Shown: positions 1 through 13,406 of the stretch, one piece after another
Layout: each line of letters begins with the position of its first letter
How positions within the stretch are numbered: position 1 is the first letter of the stretch
Origin: Piromyces finnis finn
Taxonomy: Eukaryota > Fungi > Neocallimastigomycota
Assembly (NCBI GenBank): GCA_002104945.1
Contig: MCFH01000015.1
Span: forward strand, 558,001-622,000
DNA: 64,000 bases
Reading direction: 5' to 3'
Made by a program: the position numbers and the translations under genes
Notes under the pieces: model-generated
Database searches by the model: none
Told to the model about the DNA's origin: nothing
The model's input: only the letters and a program-made list of their open reading frames with translations

Positions 1-292
1 TTAATAATTATTTTTTATCTAATTTATAATAAAAAAAAATATATCTACTATATATATTATTCTTGTTTTTTTTTTATTTATTGTTTATTTTCATTATTAA
101 TGCTTTATATTTTTTTTCTTTTGTATTTTGTTTTCTAATTCTTTTTCTTGTATTTAATTTTTATATATATAACATTCAATTTTTTTTTTATATTTTACAT
201 TTTGTTGTTAAAAAACTAAATAATTTATAAAAATATTTTACATTTATTATTTCTTATAAAAAGAAACTAAATTTTTATTTGGTAACACTAAT

Positions 293-1411
293 TTAACGAC
301 GGCAACCAGTCTTGGCAACTAATTCAGCTGGACATTCAACTTCTTCAAAGTCCATTTCTGGATTATCGGCATTCATGAACCAACCGAATCTCCATCTACA
401 ACCAGCTTGGAGAGAAGATGGTAAGTTGGAACAACCATCAACTGAACGAAGACCACCATAACGTTCACCCCAGGAGGCAGCGTTAGTGTTGAATTGAGAG
501 GAACAACCATCGAAAATACCAAGACCACCACCAGGCATTTGGAGATCGAAGTGGTTTTCACCAAGATCACCACCAGTGTTAGTAACTTGGACAATCATTT
601 GCTTACCGGCAATAGCAGTGTTGGTGAAGGTTAACTTGTAACAAGCACAACACCAGGAAGCTTCAGAACCACCAGAAATGGAAGCAGCAGCGAAACCATA
701 AGATAAATTGTCATTAACAGCCCATGGTTGTTGGTCAGTACACATGAAGGCTTCACCACCATCACAACCACTCTTAGCGTTAACATCACTAAGAACAGAA
801 CCATTTCTGCTACAAGTGTTAACTGGGTGGCTTACGCTAGCCTTACCAGACCAGGAGCAAGATGGCTTACAACAATCCCAGTAACGAGTAGTCTTACCAT
901 GTCTCTTACCAGAGCTTGGAGTGTAGTTACTGTTGTGGTTGTTGTTGTTATTGTTGTTGTTGTTGTTCCAGTTGTTGTTGTTGTTATTGTTGTTGTTGTT
1001 CCAGTTGTTGTTGTTGTTATTGTTGTTGTTGTTCCAATTGTTGTTATTGTTGTTGTTGTTGTTGTTACCACCACATTTGCTGGTATCAATTTCACAAGCG
1101 GAATTGTTTTCCCAACCCCATAAACTGTTATCACCACCAGTACCAGTGACAGTACAACCGCTACATAAACGAGCACCGTGTGGACCAGTTCTGTTAGAGT
1201 TGTTGTTGTTGTTGTTACTAGCATTGTTACCACCGCACATGTTTCTGTCGATTTCACAAGCAGTGTTGTTTTCCCAACCCCATAAACTGTTGTCACCACC
1301 AGTACCAGTGACAGTACAACCATTACAATATGGAGCACCGTGTGGACCGTAACCAGCGGCAGCAGCGGCACCAACCAAACCAGCAATAGTTAATAATAAT
1401 TTAGAATTCAT
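293..1411 (-). CDS. Secreted GH45 endoglucanase with two N-terminal CBM10/dockerin-like modules and an Asn(Trp)-rich linker
   Basis: 372-aa intronless ORF. Signal peptide; two [30 protein letters not shown] modules; poly-Asn linker; GH45 signature [12 protein letters not shown] and [10 protein letters not shown] with both catalytic Asp present. Confidence 0.95.
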   Translation of the reverse strand: MNSKLLLTIAGLVGAAAAAGYGPHGAPYCNGCTVTGTGGDNSLWGWENNTACEIDRNMCGGNNASNNNNNNSNRTGPHGARLCSGCTVTGTGGDNSLWGWENNSACEIDTSKCGGNNNNNNNNNNWNNNNNNNNNNWNNNNNNNNNNWNNNNNNNNNNHNSNYTPSSGKRHGKTTRYWDCCKPSCSWSGKASVSHPVNTCSRNGSVLSDVNAKSGCDGGEAFMCTDQQPWAVNDNLSYGFAAASISGGSEASWCCACYKLTFTNTAIAGKQMIVQVTNTGGDLGENHFDLQMPGGGLGIFDGCSSQFNTNAASWGERYGGLRSVDGCSNLPSSLQAGCRWRFGWFMNADNPEMDFEEVECPAELVAKTGCRR

Positions 1412-3540
1412 TTTTTATTTTATTTATTTTTTTAATAATTTAGTAAAATATAATAACTATCAAAGTTATATTTACTTTCAAAGTAATAAAGATTAAAAAA
1501 ATTATGGAAAAAAGCTCTTCTTTAAATACCACGGAATGAAAGGATAAGTAGCAAATATATTAATATATAAATTACCAATATATTAATTCCGTTTTATTAT
1601 ATATTACCTAAAATCCATTAAGTTTCAAATAAAATATATAAAATTAATATAATTAAATTAAAGCTTACTTTTTCTTTTATAAAAAAATTAGTTTTAATAT
1701 AATAAAGTTTCAAATTTAACTTTATATAATATAATAATAATAAATTAAATTAAAAAATACATCTCAATTTAATTTCCATATTTTCCTTTTACTATTTTAC
1801 TCGAAGAATTATATATTTAATATATATTGGATTGAATACATCATCATTTAATATATTTTCCTTTTTGTTTTAACAAATACGATTTAATTTATTTTTGTGT
1901 AACTGTTGTTTTATTGCATGATAAAAATTTTTTAATTATAAATAAATATATTTTTTAGGATTTATATTTATACTATAAAATATAAAAAAAGCTTTTGTCC
2001 CTTTAAATACCATGTCATTTATGTTTCACAAATTTTAATTAAAAAAAGTGATTAGCAAATAAGATTTTATAATTTTATATAACAATGTTTAGATGCTCAC
2101 AAAACCAACGAATTATTAGGAATTTTAATATTTAAAAATTATTAATTTATATTAAACACTACTTTTAATTTTAAATAAAGTTTTAAAAAAAAATTTATAA
2201 AGGATACAAAACTTTATTTATTATAAGAAATAGTCTTTTAAAAAATGAAAATTTTCATTTTATGGTATGTTGTTTTATCTTATTATACAGACCGTTTCCT
2301 TTATATATGTTAATAAGAACATATTTTTTTTTGGCACAATGTCAAACACATGAAAAGTATTCATAAATAAAATAAAAAAAAAAGTCAATAGTAAACGAGG
2401 GATAGTTTCAATATATAAAATGATACAATAATTCCTTACTTGTACAAAGCATAATTTCATATTTCGGTAATTTAAAAGATATTAAAATGAAACTTTTTTT
2501 AAAAAAGTAGTGGGTTTTTTTTTTTTAATTAATTATTCATATTAATAATTTTTTTTAATTAAATCATAAATCTTATTAATAGATTTTAAAAAAAAATGAA
2601 ATTTTCTTTGCATTTTTTGTTATATATGGAAAAAGTATCTTTTTAAAAAAAAAATCATTATATAGTCATTCATTAATAAGTAATAGCAACTAATTTTGTG
2701 ATATATAAAAATGATAATGTTATATTTTAGTTAAAAATAAAAAAAAATTTAAATAAGAAATTATCAGAGAAATATTGGCAATTATCAAACTATAGTAGAA
2801 AGAAAGATGAGTAATCAAATTATGAGTTTCAAAAATGCATATTAATTAGTGTCATTTAAGCTTAGCAAAGTTTATTATTTATAATTTCAACATTTGTTAT
2901 ATGAATTTAATAAATCCATTTTCGGATACTTTTCTTTTTTTGTTAAGATCTTTTTTATAATTTTAATTATAAAAAAAAGCTAAAACACTTTTATATATTA
3001 TTTTATATATATTGCATTATTATTAAATTATATAGTTTAATTTATGTTTTAAATATAAACTTTAAATAAATTAAATTACTTTTTTAGGTAAATATTTATT
3101 AATTACTATTCACCAATAAAAAAACGGAATTTTTTATGAGAAATTAATTTATTTACAAAAAAGTTAATGTTTATTGAATAATCGTATATATTATGTCACA
3201 TTAATTTTAATGTATACATTTAATATTACATTACTCTCAAAGAAAAAAACAATTATAAATGAATAAATGATAATGATGATATTATCTTTTATAAAGCATA
3301 AATGATATAAATTAACATTTTTTATATTATTATTTAATATGTTTTTATTATTATACTTTTTAAAAAAGGGGAAGTATTAGGTCGGAGAATTAAAAGTTCC
3401 TATATATGGTTCCACTGTGGTTCTTATGATTCCTATGATTCCTGTGTGTAATATCTCTTTTTTTTATGATTACAAATTACATTTCAATAACAAAAAATTC
3501 AAATTCTTTTATTAATGATACATTTTACTTTTGTCTTTTC

Positions 3541-3848
<308 letters not shown>

Positions 3849-5059
3849 TAGGCATTTTTTATAATTAAAATTTTATTAAATGAACATTATTATTAACATT
3901 TTTTGTCATTTTAAAATTGAAAAAAAAAATTATACTTTTTAGAGTTTATTATTAAATAATTATTTAAAGTTTAAGCATTAATTAATTAAAAAATGTTTTT
4001 ATAATTGAACTTATCAACCCTACCAATAAACCTTTAAAATGTCTGGTAGGTAAATTGCTTATTATTTAAACCTTTTTTTTTTTCTATTCATTAAATAAGT
4101 ATTTCAGAATACTTTCTAATTTTAATAACCTTATATATAAATATAAATATTTTTTTTATTTTGATATGTTCTAATATTGTAGAACGGTAATTTTTAAAAT
4201 TAAGTTATATTTGAATTACAAACTAGATTGATATTTAAAGCTAAAATTAAATTTATTATTTAATCAAACCTTTTTAAGTTACATTAAAAATAATTGTATC
4301 ATTTGTGTCAGGTACATCAGAGAATGAGAATGCAACAAACAGTCAAATTCCTCATTTTTATTCTTACTAATAGTTAATAATTATGATTTGTTTAAATGTA
4401 ATTATTACATTATTAAATTATAAATAATTTTTCTATTAATTATGTTGTTAATTATATATTATATATAGTAAAATGTAAACTTTCAATTAGCTTGATAAGA
4501 AATTCGGTTTTCCTATTATTTAGTATGATTAGGACTTATCTTTTTTAATATATAAAAAAAAAAAAAATTAAATTTATTAAATATCTTTTTTTTTTCTTTG
4601 AGTATAAATTAATAATTAATGAATATGAATAGAATTAGGTAATTATTACATTTAATACACCCATTTAATTATTTACTTTGTTTTTAATTTATTATACTGT
4701 AATAGTGTTGTAATTATACTAATATTATTATTCTATTTGTGTGTCTAAATGCCATTTTAGTTTTAACTATATTTCTTATTTCTTTAAAATTTATTAAAAG
4801 TAAAAGAAATAAAAATTTCAAAAATCTTAGTATATATTTTTTTTATAGCTTTTATTAAAAATAGCAAAAATTTGGTTAGTAAATTGGTTCCTCTAGTCGA
4901 TAAAAATTTTTATTTGTTTATAATATTTTTTAGTTTATTTTAAATAAAGCAAAAAATATTTATATCAAAAGTTTATTGAGGTTGAAAAGAGTGAAAACGA
5001 AAAAAATTTATTTTGTAATTTTGTATAGAAATATAAATATATAATTAATTACACTCTAT

Positions 5060-6260
5060 AATAATATTCCTATTGAGACCAAGGTGCATTCCAATCCATT
5101 TGAGTAGCCAACAGGTAAATTTTTAGGTAATGAATCCCATATAATGAATTCTTCAGTTTCGGAACTACTTATAATTGTAGATGTGTCAACAGTAGTCGAT
5201 GGTAGGTCCATTAGATGTAGTAGAATAAATACTAGAAAATAATAAACTACTTAAACTCTCGGTTGCTTTTGAAACAATTAAATTAGATGAAGATGTTGAA
5301 CTATATTTATTAATACTTTTATTTGTATTTTCGATGGTGGAAGTTGTAATAGTAGTAGTAATAATAGTAGTAGAAGTGGTTGTTGCTGTTGTTGTTTTAT
5401 AATCTAGTATTAAAGATAATCTATCCAATACATTACGATACCCTGAAAACTTGGAATTATTATTTACATCATCATTTTGATCAGCATATATTACATATTT
5501 TTTGAAAATATATTTTTCGCTGTAACAATCAAATGTCCATTATAATTTACTTTAAATTTGAGATTGTATTATCATTTTTCAAAAAATCTATACCACTACT
5601 CCATACAATATTTTCTTTTTTTTGGGCTCACCTTTGCATAAAGCTAATTCACCTGTAACATTCAATATTCCAAAATAATATTTACCATTACTGTGATTTA
5701 ATTTTATTGCTTTTATTTAAAACTTGACCTGAAATTAATGCATTTTTAGGCATACTATAATTCCTATTCTAATAATCGTTATCTATAATAACTAGGATCA
5801 ATGTGCTCCTTATTTATTGCAATCAATTGGTATCTTAGCAAAATTCATTAATTCAATTATATGAATAGTTTTTTGAAGATATGTATAATAATTTCTGTAT
5901 ATATCATAATCACTACACACGCACCAAATATTTACTTCTGATCTAAATAAAGGAACAGCAATTAGATTGTAACAACTATTATCTTGGAATATGAAATTCA
6001 AGAGTTTTACTATGTTCTTTGCTTCTGATTTCTGATATAATTTTTCAGCCGATACTTCAATAGACTGATTCATAGAAATATCATTTGTTTGGGATATTGT
6101 GCTTGATTTACCGTAAGAATAATTATTAGATACTGAATTAGTATTAGAAAATTCAAAACTTCAATCTTTATTTCTAGCAAATGGATTTTTTAATAAATGT
6201 TAAATAGAATTAGATTGAGTACTTTCTTCAGTAGTAGTATCCGAATGACTGACAATTCAT
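5060..6260 (-). pseudogene. Decayed gene for a probable cell-surface protein with a bulb-type (B-)lectin-like domain and Thr/Ser-rich stalk
   Basis: Manually joined frames: ...NALISGQVLNKSNKIKS / NHSNGKYYFGILNVTGELALCKGEPKK / ENIVWSSGIDF / NLKFKVNYNGHLIVTAKNIF, then TTTATTTSTTIITTT. Several in-frame stops and frameshifts. Includes track ORFs 5810..6073 and 5186..5428. Confidence 0.5.
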
Positions 6261-6305
6261 ATTTTATATATATTTATATATATAAAATATGAATTGTCAG
6301 CCATT
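6244..6305. repeat. 62-bp near-perfect palindrome (inverted repeat)
   Basis: aatgactgacaattcatattttatatatat|ttatatatataaaatatgaattgtcagccatt: 29 of 31 positions pair; mismatches at 6248/6301 and the centre. Confidence 0.9.
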
Positions 6306-9300
6306 AAAAAAAATATGCATCTTTTATATTTAGTTCCAAGTATATAATTGTTAATATTATAATTTTTTTATCAAATAAAATAAAAAAATAAATAAATAAA
6401 ATAATAAAAGTATAAATAAATTAAAAAATATATATATAAAAATACTCTTTTATGAATTTCATTTCATTTTATTTAGCTTTATTGTTTTTCATTATTCAAT
6501 AATTCTTATCTAACCATTTTTCTATGTTATTTTATTTTTAATTCTACTAAATTTTAGGTTTATCTATACATTATCTTAAATGTATATATTTAAGATAGGT
6601 ATATATATAAAATATACATTTAATTATCAAACATATAATATTTTTTAATATAACCTACATATAATTGATTTCATTATTCTTTAAACTATTATTATTTATT
6701 ATATAAGCAACCAGCAAAATGATTCATATTTAATAATATCCTTTTCAAATAAAAAAAAAACTTTAAAGTCACCTGAAATAATTGGATTTTATAATCCCAT
6801 CTATTTTTCAATACTATATGTTCTAGATTGTATAGATACATATTATAAATGCTTAATAACAATATACTATAATCTTTTTTTTTTATTATTTATCAAATAT
6901 ATCACAAATTTTGTTATGAGATTATCAAATAACTATTACTATAGTAAACTATTATTTACTATTAATATATTATTTTTTTTCTATAATATATATAATGATG
7001 ATTCATTTTTGGAATATGTTTTTGTTAATAAATATTAGCTCCAAGAAATAATCTAAATGTACATCAAATTTGTTAAATATGATAATAATGTTAATAAAAA
7101 ATACATTATATATACTTTAAAAAATTTAAATACACAATATATCTTTGAATAAATACAATTTATTTTTATTTCACTATTGTAGTAAACTAATAAAGACACA
7201 TAAAAAATTAGAAATAATTATATTTAAATTTATAAAGTATAAATATAATTATTCAAACTTAAAAAATGTTGAATCTAAATATCTTGTAAAACTTGACACT
7301 TTTTAATAGATTTTATATTAAATATTATAATATTACAAATAGAAATATATTTAAAAAGAAAATACTGATACAATATTATTTATTTCAGTTATTTACTTAT
7401 TCAAAAAAAAAAATCATATATTTATTATAAAATATTATTATAAAACGTTTTTATATAACAATATCTCATAAAAATTATAGATATTACATAATTATATCAT
7501 AATTTATTATATATAATTAAAATCCTAAAAATAAAATATTTACCTATATTTATTAAATTTTAATACATTTATACATGAAACATCAATTCAAAGAGAATGT
7601 TGATTACTGACCTCGGTATTGAAGTAATATCCAAATAAAATATATATACATATATAAATATACAAAATCTATATATACTATTTATAATAAAAAATAAGAT
7701 GTATATTAATTATTTTAAATATACTATATTTAATAATAATATATCAAAATTTTTAAAAAGTAGTTGAATATTTAAAAAGTAAAAGTTATTTGACCTACCA
7801 TAATAAAATTAACTATATATGTCATCCAAATAAAAAAAAAAGGATTAAAACATTAAATTTTTTATTCTATATCATTGGTAATTATGGTTAATATTGTTAC
7901 CTACTAATTCTTTAAGTGCCAGTAATTCTCCTACTAAATTCTATTTGATTATGTTCAAGAATTAATCTATAATTTTAATTTCTTTTTCATAACTACTAAA
8001 AAAAAAATGGCATTTTAATAAAATCAATTAAAATGCAATTGCTTATTACATTTTAGTAATAATCTTTACTATTATATAAAATATGCATTAAATATTCATA
8101 TTTTTGGTATTTCAGTTAAAATATTATTCAACAAATTAATGAATTATTTAAAATTATTACACTAGTTATTTTATCAAGTTTGTTACTTTTCATTAATACT
8201 AATAAAATAATTAACACGAAAATATATATTTTTTAATATATTATATTAGATATATATTATGATACCATAGTTGCTAAATATAAGAATTATAAAAGTATTT
8301 TGTATCTATGTATTATAAATATTTAATATATTATATACCACTTTTCATGATATTATGTTTACTTTGTTTACGGATGGGATAAAAAATTATAAATATTAAT
8401 GGAGGATAAAGATTAATAAAATTAATACAGGAATAAAAAAAACTAAATACTGTAGACTTCTTTAATTAAAAAAAATTGAATAAATAGTAGTTCCACATTT
8501 AAAATTTCTTTTTACAATAGATATATATATATAAATATGTAATTAGGTTCTTCTAAATGTGAATAAATTACATAAAATATTACAAAAGAGAAAAAAAAAA
8601 TATCTTTATATTATAACCTATATTTCCGTCTATTCTAAAAAGAAACATTAAAAAAGAAAAGCAAAATAAAATAAATATATTTTGATAGTACAAATTGAAA
8701 AATCATTTTTATTAAAAATAAACTTTTTTTTTTTTTAAGAAACAAATAAGTTCTTTTCTTAACATTCCTAAATTTATACTAATGCTAAATTAATATGAAT
8801 GAATGATTAGTCTTTAATCTCATCATCATCACATTTATTTAACAATTTGATAATAGTAGCTTTTGATTTATAAGTAATATCATATTATATAATTATATAA
8901 GCAAAATTTAATTACTTTTTAAATATAATAAAAAAAATAATAAAAAAAAAGTAAAATTTTAGTTTAAAATAATATGAGACACAAAATAAAAAGAAATTTA
9001 TCCCAATTTAATTAGGTTGTTTTATCATCACTTCTACTACTACTACTGGTACTATTGCCACTTACTACTAGTATTATAAAGAAAAAAATAATAATAATAA
9101 TAATAATTTATTAACATTCCAATATATTAAAGGTTGACGATATGAATAATTAAAAATGATCTACTTTCTCAACTACACCACCAATAATAAATGTTTTCTA
9201 ATTAAATTAAGCGGCACCTTTGTTGGTCATCATTTTACCATTCTTTTACTTTTTTAAAATTATATTAACCAATAAAACTAAAATTTTAATATTTAATTTA

Positions 9301-9812
9301 ATTTAATTTATATTTAATATAAAAATAAAATTAAAAAAAAATATTATTTTAATATAAAATAAAATTACATTATTAATTTTAATCGAATTTTTGTAACAAA
9401 ATTAATTAAAAAATAATATATAAAATTTTTAAAATCATTTAAAAATGGTAATCTAAAAAATTAGAAAGGAAAATTTAATTAGCATTCATTGGATAAATGT
9501 AATATTTAATGATACCAAATAAAAAATATGATAATTAAACTTGGTTTTTTATTGGTTTATATTTTCCTTTATTTAATAGTTTTTTCTTTTTTTACTTTAA
9601 AAAAAAAAACTATACCAGCATATAAATAGTCAAATTTCTTCTTTTTTTTTTTTTTTTATCTTTATCAATAATTTATTTTGTAAATAAATAATTGTAGATA
9701 TATAAATAGATAAAATTACTTTGATAGTAAATTTTATTAAATAAAAAAAAAAAGAAAAACCAATTTTTTGTATAGTAAATTTTATAACTTTTAAAATATA
9801 AATAAAATAAAA

Positions 9813-10841
9813 ATGAACTGTAAATTATTATTATCTATTGCTGCTTTAGTCAGTGCCGCCTCTGCCGCAGGTTACGGTTCTCACGGTGCACCAATGTGTG
9901 ATGGTTGTACTATTACTGGTACTGGTGGTGACAACAGTTTATGGGGTTGGGAAAACAACACTGCTTGTGAAATTGACACTAGTAGATGTGGTGGTAACAA
10001 CAATAACAATTGGAATAACAACAATAATTGGAACAACAATAATAACTGGAATAACAACAACAATAACAACAATAACTATAATAGTGGTACAAAGGTTCTT
10101 CCAAATTCCAATAATTACAACAATAACAATAACAGTAGCAGTGGTACAAAATCTCTTCCAAACACTAATAATTACAATAACAACAGCAATATTCCAGCTT
10201 CAAAACCAGTTGGTAATTCTGGAAAAAGAAATGGTAAGACTACCCGTTACTGGGATTGTTGTAAGCCATCTTGTTCCTGGGCTGGAAAGGCTACTGTAAG
10301 TCAACCAGTTAACACTTGCAGTAGATCTGGATCTATTCTTAGTGATGCTAATGCTAGAAGTGGTTGTGATGGTGGTGAAGCCTTCATGTGTACTGACCAA
10401 CAACCATGGGCCGTTAGTGACACCTTATCTTATGGTTTCGCTGCTGCTTCCATTTCTGGTGGTTCTGAAGCTTCCTGGTGTTGTGCTTGTTACAAGTTAA
10501 CCTTCACCTCTACTTCTATTGCTGGTAAGCAAATGATTGTCCAAGTTACTAACACTGGTGGTGATCTTGGTGAAAATCACTTTGATCTCCAAATGCCAGG
10601 TGGTGGTCTTGGTATTTTCGATGGTTGTTCCTCTCAATTCAACACTAACGCTGCCTCCTGGGGTGAACGTTATGGTGGTCTTCGTTCAGCTGATGGTTGT
10701 GCTAACTTACCAGCTTCTCTTCAAGCCGGTTGTAAATGGAGATTCGACTGGTTCGAAAATGCCGATAATCCAACTATGGAATTTGAAGAAGTTGAATGTC
10801 CAAGAGAATTAACTGAAAAAACTGGATGTGTTCGTCTTTAA
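9813..10841 (+). CDS. Secreted GH45 endoglucanase with one N-terminal CBM10/dockerin-like module
   Basis: 342-aa intronless ORF. Signal peptide, one module, (N5W)3 linker plus duplicated SGTK.LPN.NNYNNN, then [12 protein letters not shown] and [18 protein letters not shown] at ~9621. Confidence 0.95.
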   Translation: MNCKLLLSIAALVSAASAAGYGSHGAPMCDGCTITGTGGDNSLWGWENNTACEIDTSRCGGNNNNNWNNNNNWNNNNNWNNNNNNNNNYNSGTKVLPNSNNYNNNNNSSSGTKSLPNTNNYNNNSNIPASKPVGNSGKRNGKTTRYWDCCKPSCSWAGKATVSQPVNTCSRSGSILSDANARSGCDGGEAFMCTDQQPWAVSDTLSYGFAAASISGGSEASWCCACYKLTFTSTSIAGKQMIVQVTNTGGDLGENHFDLQMPGGGLGIFDGCSSQFNTNAASWGERYGGLRSADGCANLPASLQAGCKWRFDWFENADNPTMEFEEVECPRELTEKTGCVRL

Positions 10842-11229
10842 ATTTTTGTATAATTTTCTTTTCTTTATTTTTTATTTTTCACTGATATAACAATAGAAAT
10901 ATGTATTATCTTTAAATGTATCATAATATCATAATGTATATGTATTTTAAAAAAAAAAAAATTATAAAATAAAAATGAACTAAATATATACATAAAAAAA
11001 AAGTATAGTTTTCATTTTTGTATAATAGTGTTTATTTCAATAAAAATAAAATAAAACTTTTATAGATAAAATAAAAAAATAGATATAAATTTTGATTTTT
11101 ACTTTTTTAATAAATGGGTAATAAAAAAAAAAAAAAAAGACTATAAAGTTTAACAACATTTCTATTTTACGTTCTGCTATTTTATAAATTTTTAGAAAAA
11201 TCATCAATTTGAAAATTATAATCTTTATA

Positions 11230-11830
11230 TGAAGTAATATAATACTTTTTCACTATAATTTTCATCATGTTCATAATTACCATTAATTTCTTTCACTCTG
11301 TAATTGCTCTTATTACTTTATCATTTTTTACATCGTTTACAATTAAATGATATCTCGGATCATAATCTGAAGAACCAGGATCATCACTGACGGTTTTAAC
11401 TATTGAAATTTAAATTTATTTATAAATTAAAGAGTTAAGTTTATCTTCTTCTTCAACATTATCAAAAATATTTTTACAACTTTGCTCGCTTCTACAAAAT
11501 CTAATAAAATTATTTATTAAATCTCTACCAACATTTGGATAATTATCAATATCAGGATTCTTGTTTTTATCATATTGATTTGCTGTAGGTAATTCTATTT
11601 CTTTGTAAATATTACTCTTAACAGCTTTAATAAAATTAGTAATAAATTTGTTTAAATTATTTTCAGTAGATGTAGCAATTATTGGATATATATATATATA
11701 TATATATATATATCATTATTATTCCCATTGTTAAGCTTTTTAATAATGAATCCTCATTATCTACTAAATTTCCATATATATCTAAATTATTAAGAACATT
11801 ATTTTATTACTTAAATTATTCTTTAAAAAC
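11230..11830 (-). pseudogene. Decayed intronless ORF of unknown function, broken at a (TA)n tract
   Basis: Open stretches NVLNNLDIYGNLVDNEDSLLKSL / YPIIATSTENNLNKFITNFIKAVKSNIYKEIELPTANQYDKNKNPDIDNYPNVGRDLINNFIRFCRSEQSCKNIFDNVEEEDKLNSLIYK* / VKTVSDDPGSSDYDPRYHLIVNDVKND. Frameshift at the (TA)n near 11687-11713. Confidence 0.5.
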
Positions 11831-12668
11831 GGCTTTTTAATATTCTTTTATAATGTAAAGGAGTAGTAATAAAATTGTGTGCTATACTTTGGGTACATCA
11901 TTAAAATAATAGATAATAGTTTATATTTAATGGGTTGGGTTATAAAATAAGAATAACTATTTATTTTTTTGACTACATTTTTACTACACATTGAAAATTA
12001 TTTATGTTTTATTATTTTTATTTTTAATTTTTCTATATTATATATAAAGTTGAATAAATGTTAAAAATAAGTTATTAATAATATCTTTTAATTTAATATA
12101 TTCATTCATATATTTAATTTTTATTTTCAATACTAAAAAAAATGTTTGTGTTAATAAACTATATTACTTTTTTTTTTTAAAAAAAAAAAATACAATAATA
12201 GAATTTTAACATTTGAAAATGATTAAATATATAAATTATTTAATGATCAAATAAAGCCTATTGACATAAAAACTATTGCTTTTTTTTTTATCAGTTTTAT
12301 TATTTGTTATATAGTTATATAGTTAAAATATTATTTACTGATAATTATCAGAAGTTTTTTTTTTTCTTTTTAAAATAAATACATATAATTATTTATATAA
12401 TTATATTTCAAATAGAATAATAAATTAGTATTATAACTCTTATACATATATAACATCATAAATCATTTAACTACAAATAGCCAAGACATTTTCATTAATG
12501 TAATATTAACTTATAGTTTGAATAGTTTCTAATGTTCTTTACCTTTTAAATAAATGTTTTCACTTAGAAATAACTATTTCATATTTTATTTAAAAGAATT
12601 AATTATGGTTTATATTATAAACAGGTATGAAAGCTTATAAATTAACTTTTATTAAACTAGTTATGAAA

Positions 12669-13120
12669 TTATATTTTTCGTATGATATGATAAATAGTGC
12701 AAGTTTCTAAAATATCTTTAACATTATCATCAGCTATTTTGTGAAAAAGGAGATCATTTTTAAGTGTAACAAAAAGATTATTAAAATTTTCATTTGAAGT
12801 TCTATTTATAATTATTTGTATAAGTGCGTAAATAAAATTATCGGATAAAAAATGTGGCGATATAAATTCATGATTACAAAAATAAAATATTGATTTTCTA
12901 CGAATCCTGGATTTAATTCGTAACATAGTAAATGTATTACAAAGTCGAGTGCATTATTATATTTATTATATACTAAGGAAGCTATATAACACATTTTTTT
13001 CAATATTTCAAAATTATCGAAAACTTCGAAATTATTCATCTCTACTTGTAATTTGTCAAATACATCAGAGTTGTCCATTTCATTTTGTAATTTGTCAAAA
13101 ACATTAGAATTGTCATACTT
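12669..13120 (-). pseudogene. Frameshifted intronless ORF remnant with an internal DNS.VFDKLQ.EM repeat
   Basis: Track ORFs 12812..13078 and 12669..12926 overlap in different frames. Upstream in-frame YDNSNVFDKLQNEM is repeated as MDNSDVFDKLQVEM. Confidence 0.45.
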
Positions 13121-13406
13121 TAAAAAATACCAGAATCAAATGAACTATTTGAAGTTACCAAAGTTATTAGTAATAATGAAAGTATGCTAATAAATAACTT
13201 TTTTTTATCGAATAATAATTAAATTCTAGTTAATTCAACTTATTTCTATATCTATTTAATTATTAATATTTAAATAATATTTTATTAAATTTATTATTTT
13301 TAATTTTTTTTTAAAAAAAAAAAAAGAATATCAAAAATAATCAATTTAAATATATATTACTTTAAAAATAATGAATATATGTACTGATATTAATTTATTT
13401 ATCTAT

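Noticed and set aside
2275-2460. 61-aa track ORF and neighbouring frames
   Set aside because: Intron/intergenic-like composition and no recognisable motif.
4019-4050. cctacca/tggtagg hairpin as a possible Helitron 3' end
   Set aside because: Only a 7-bp stem with a long loop, and no CTRR terminus at the expected distance.
6700-8500. Short protein-like fragments (e.g. GYYFNTEV at ~7600, NLVGELLALKELVG at ~7900)
   Set aside because: Too short and too interrupted to distinguish from chance in very AT-rich DNA.
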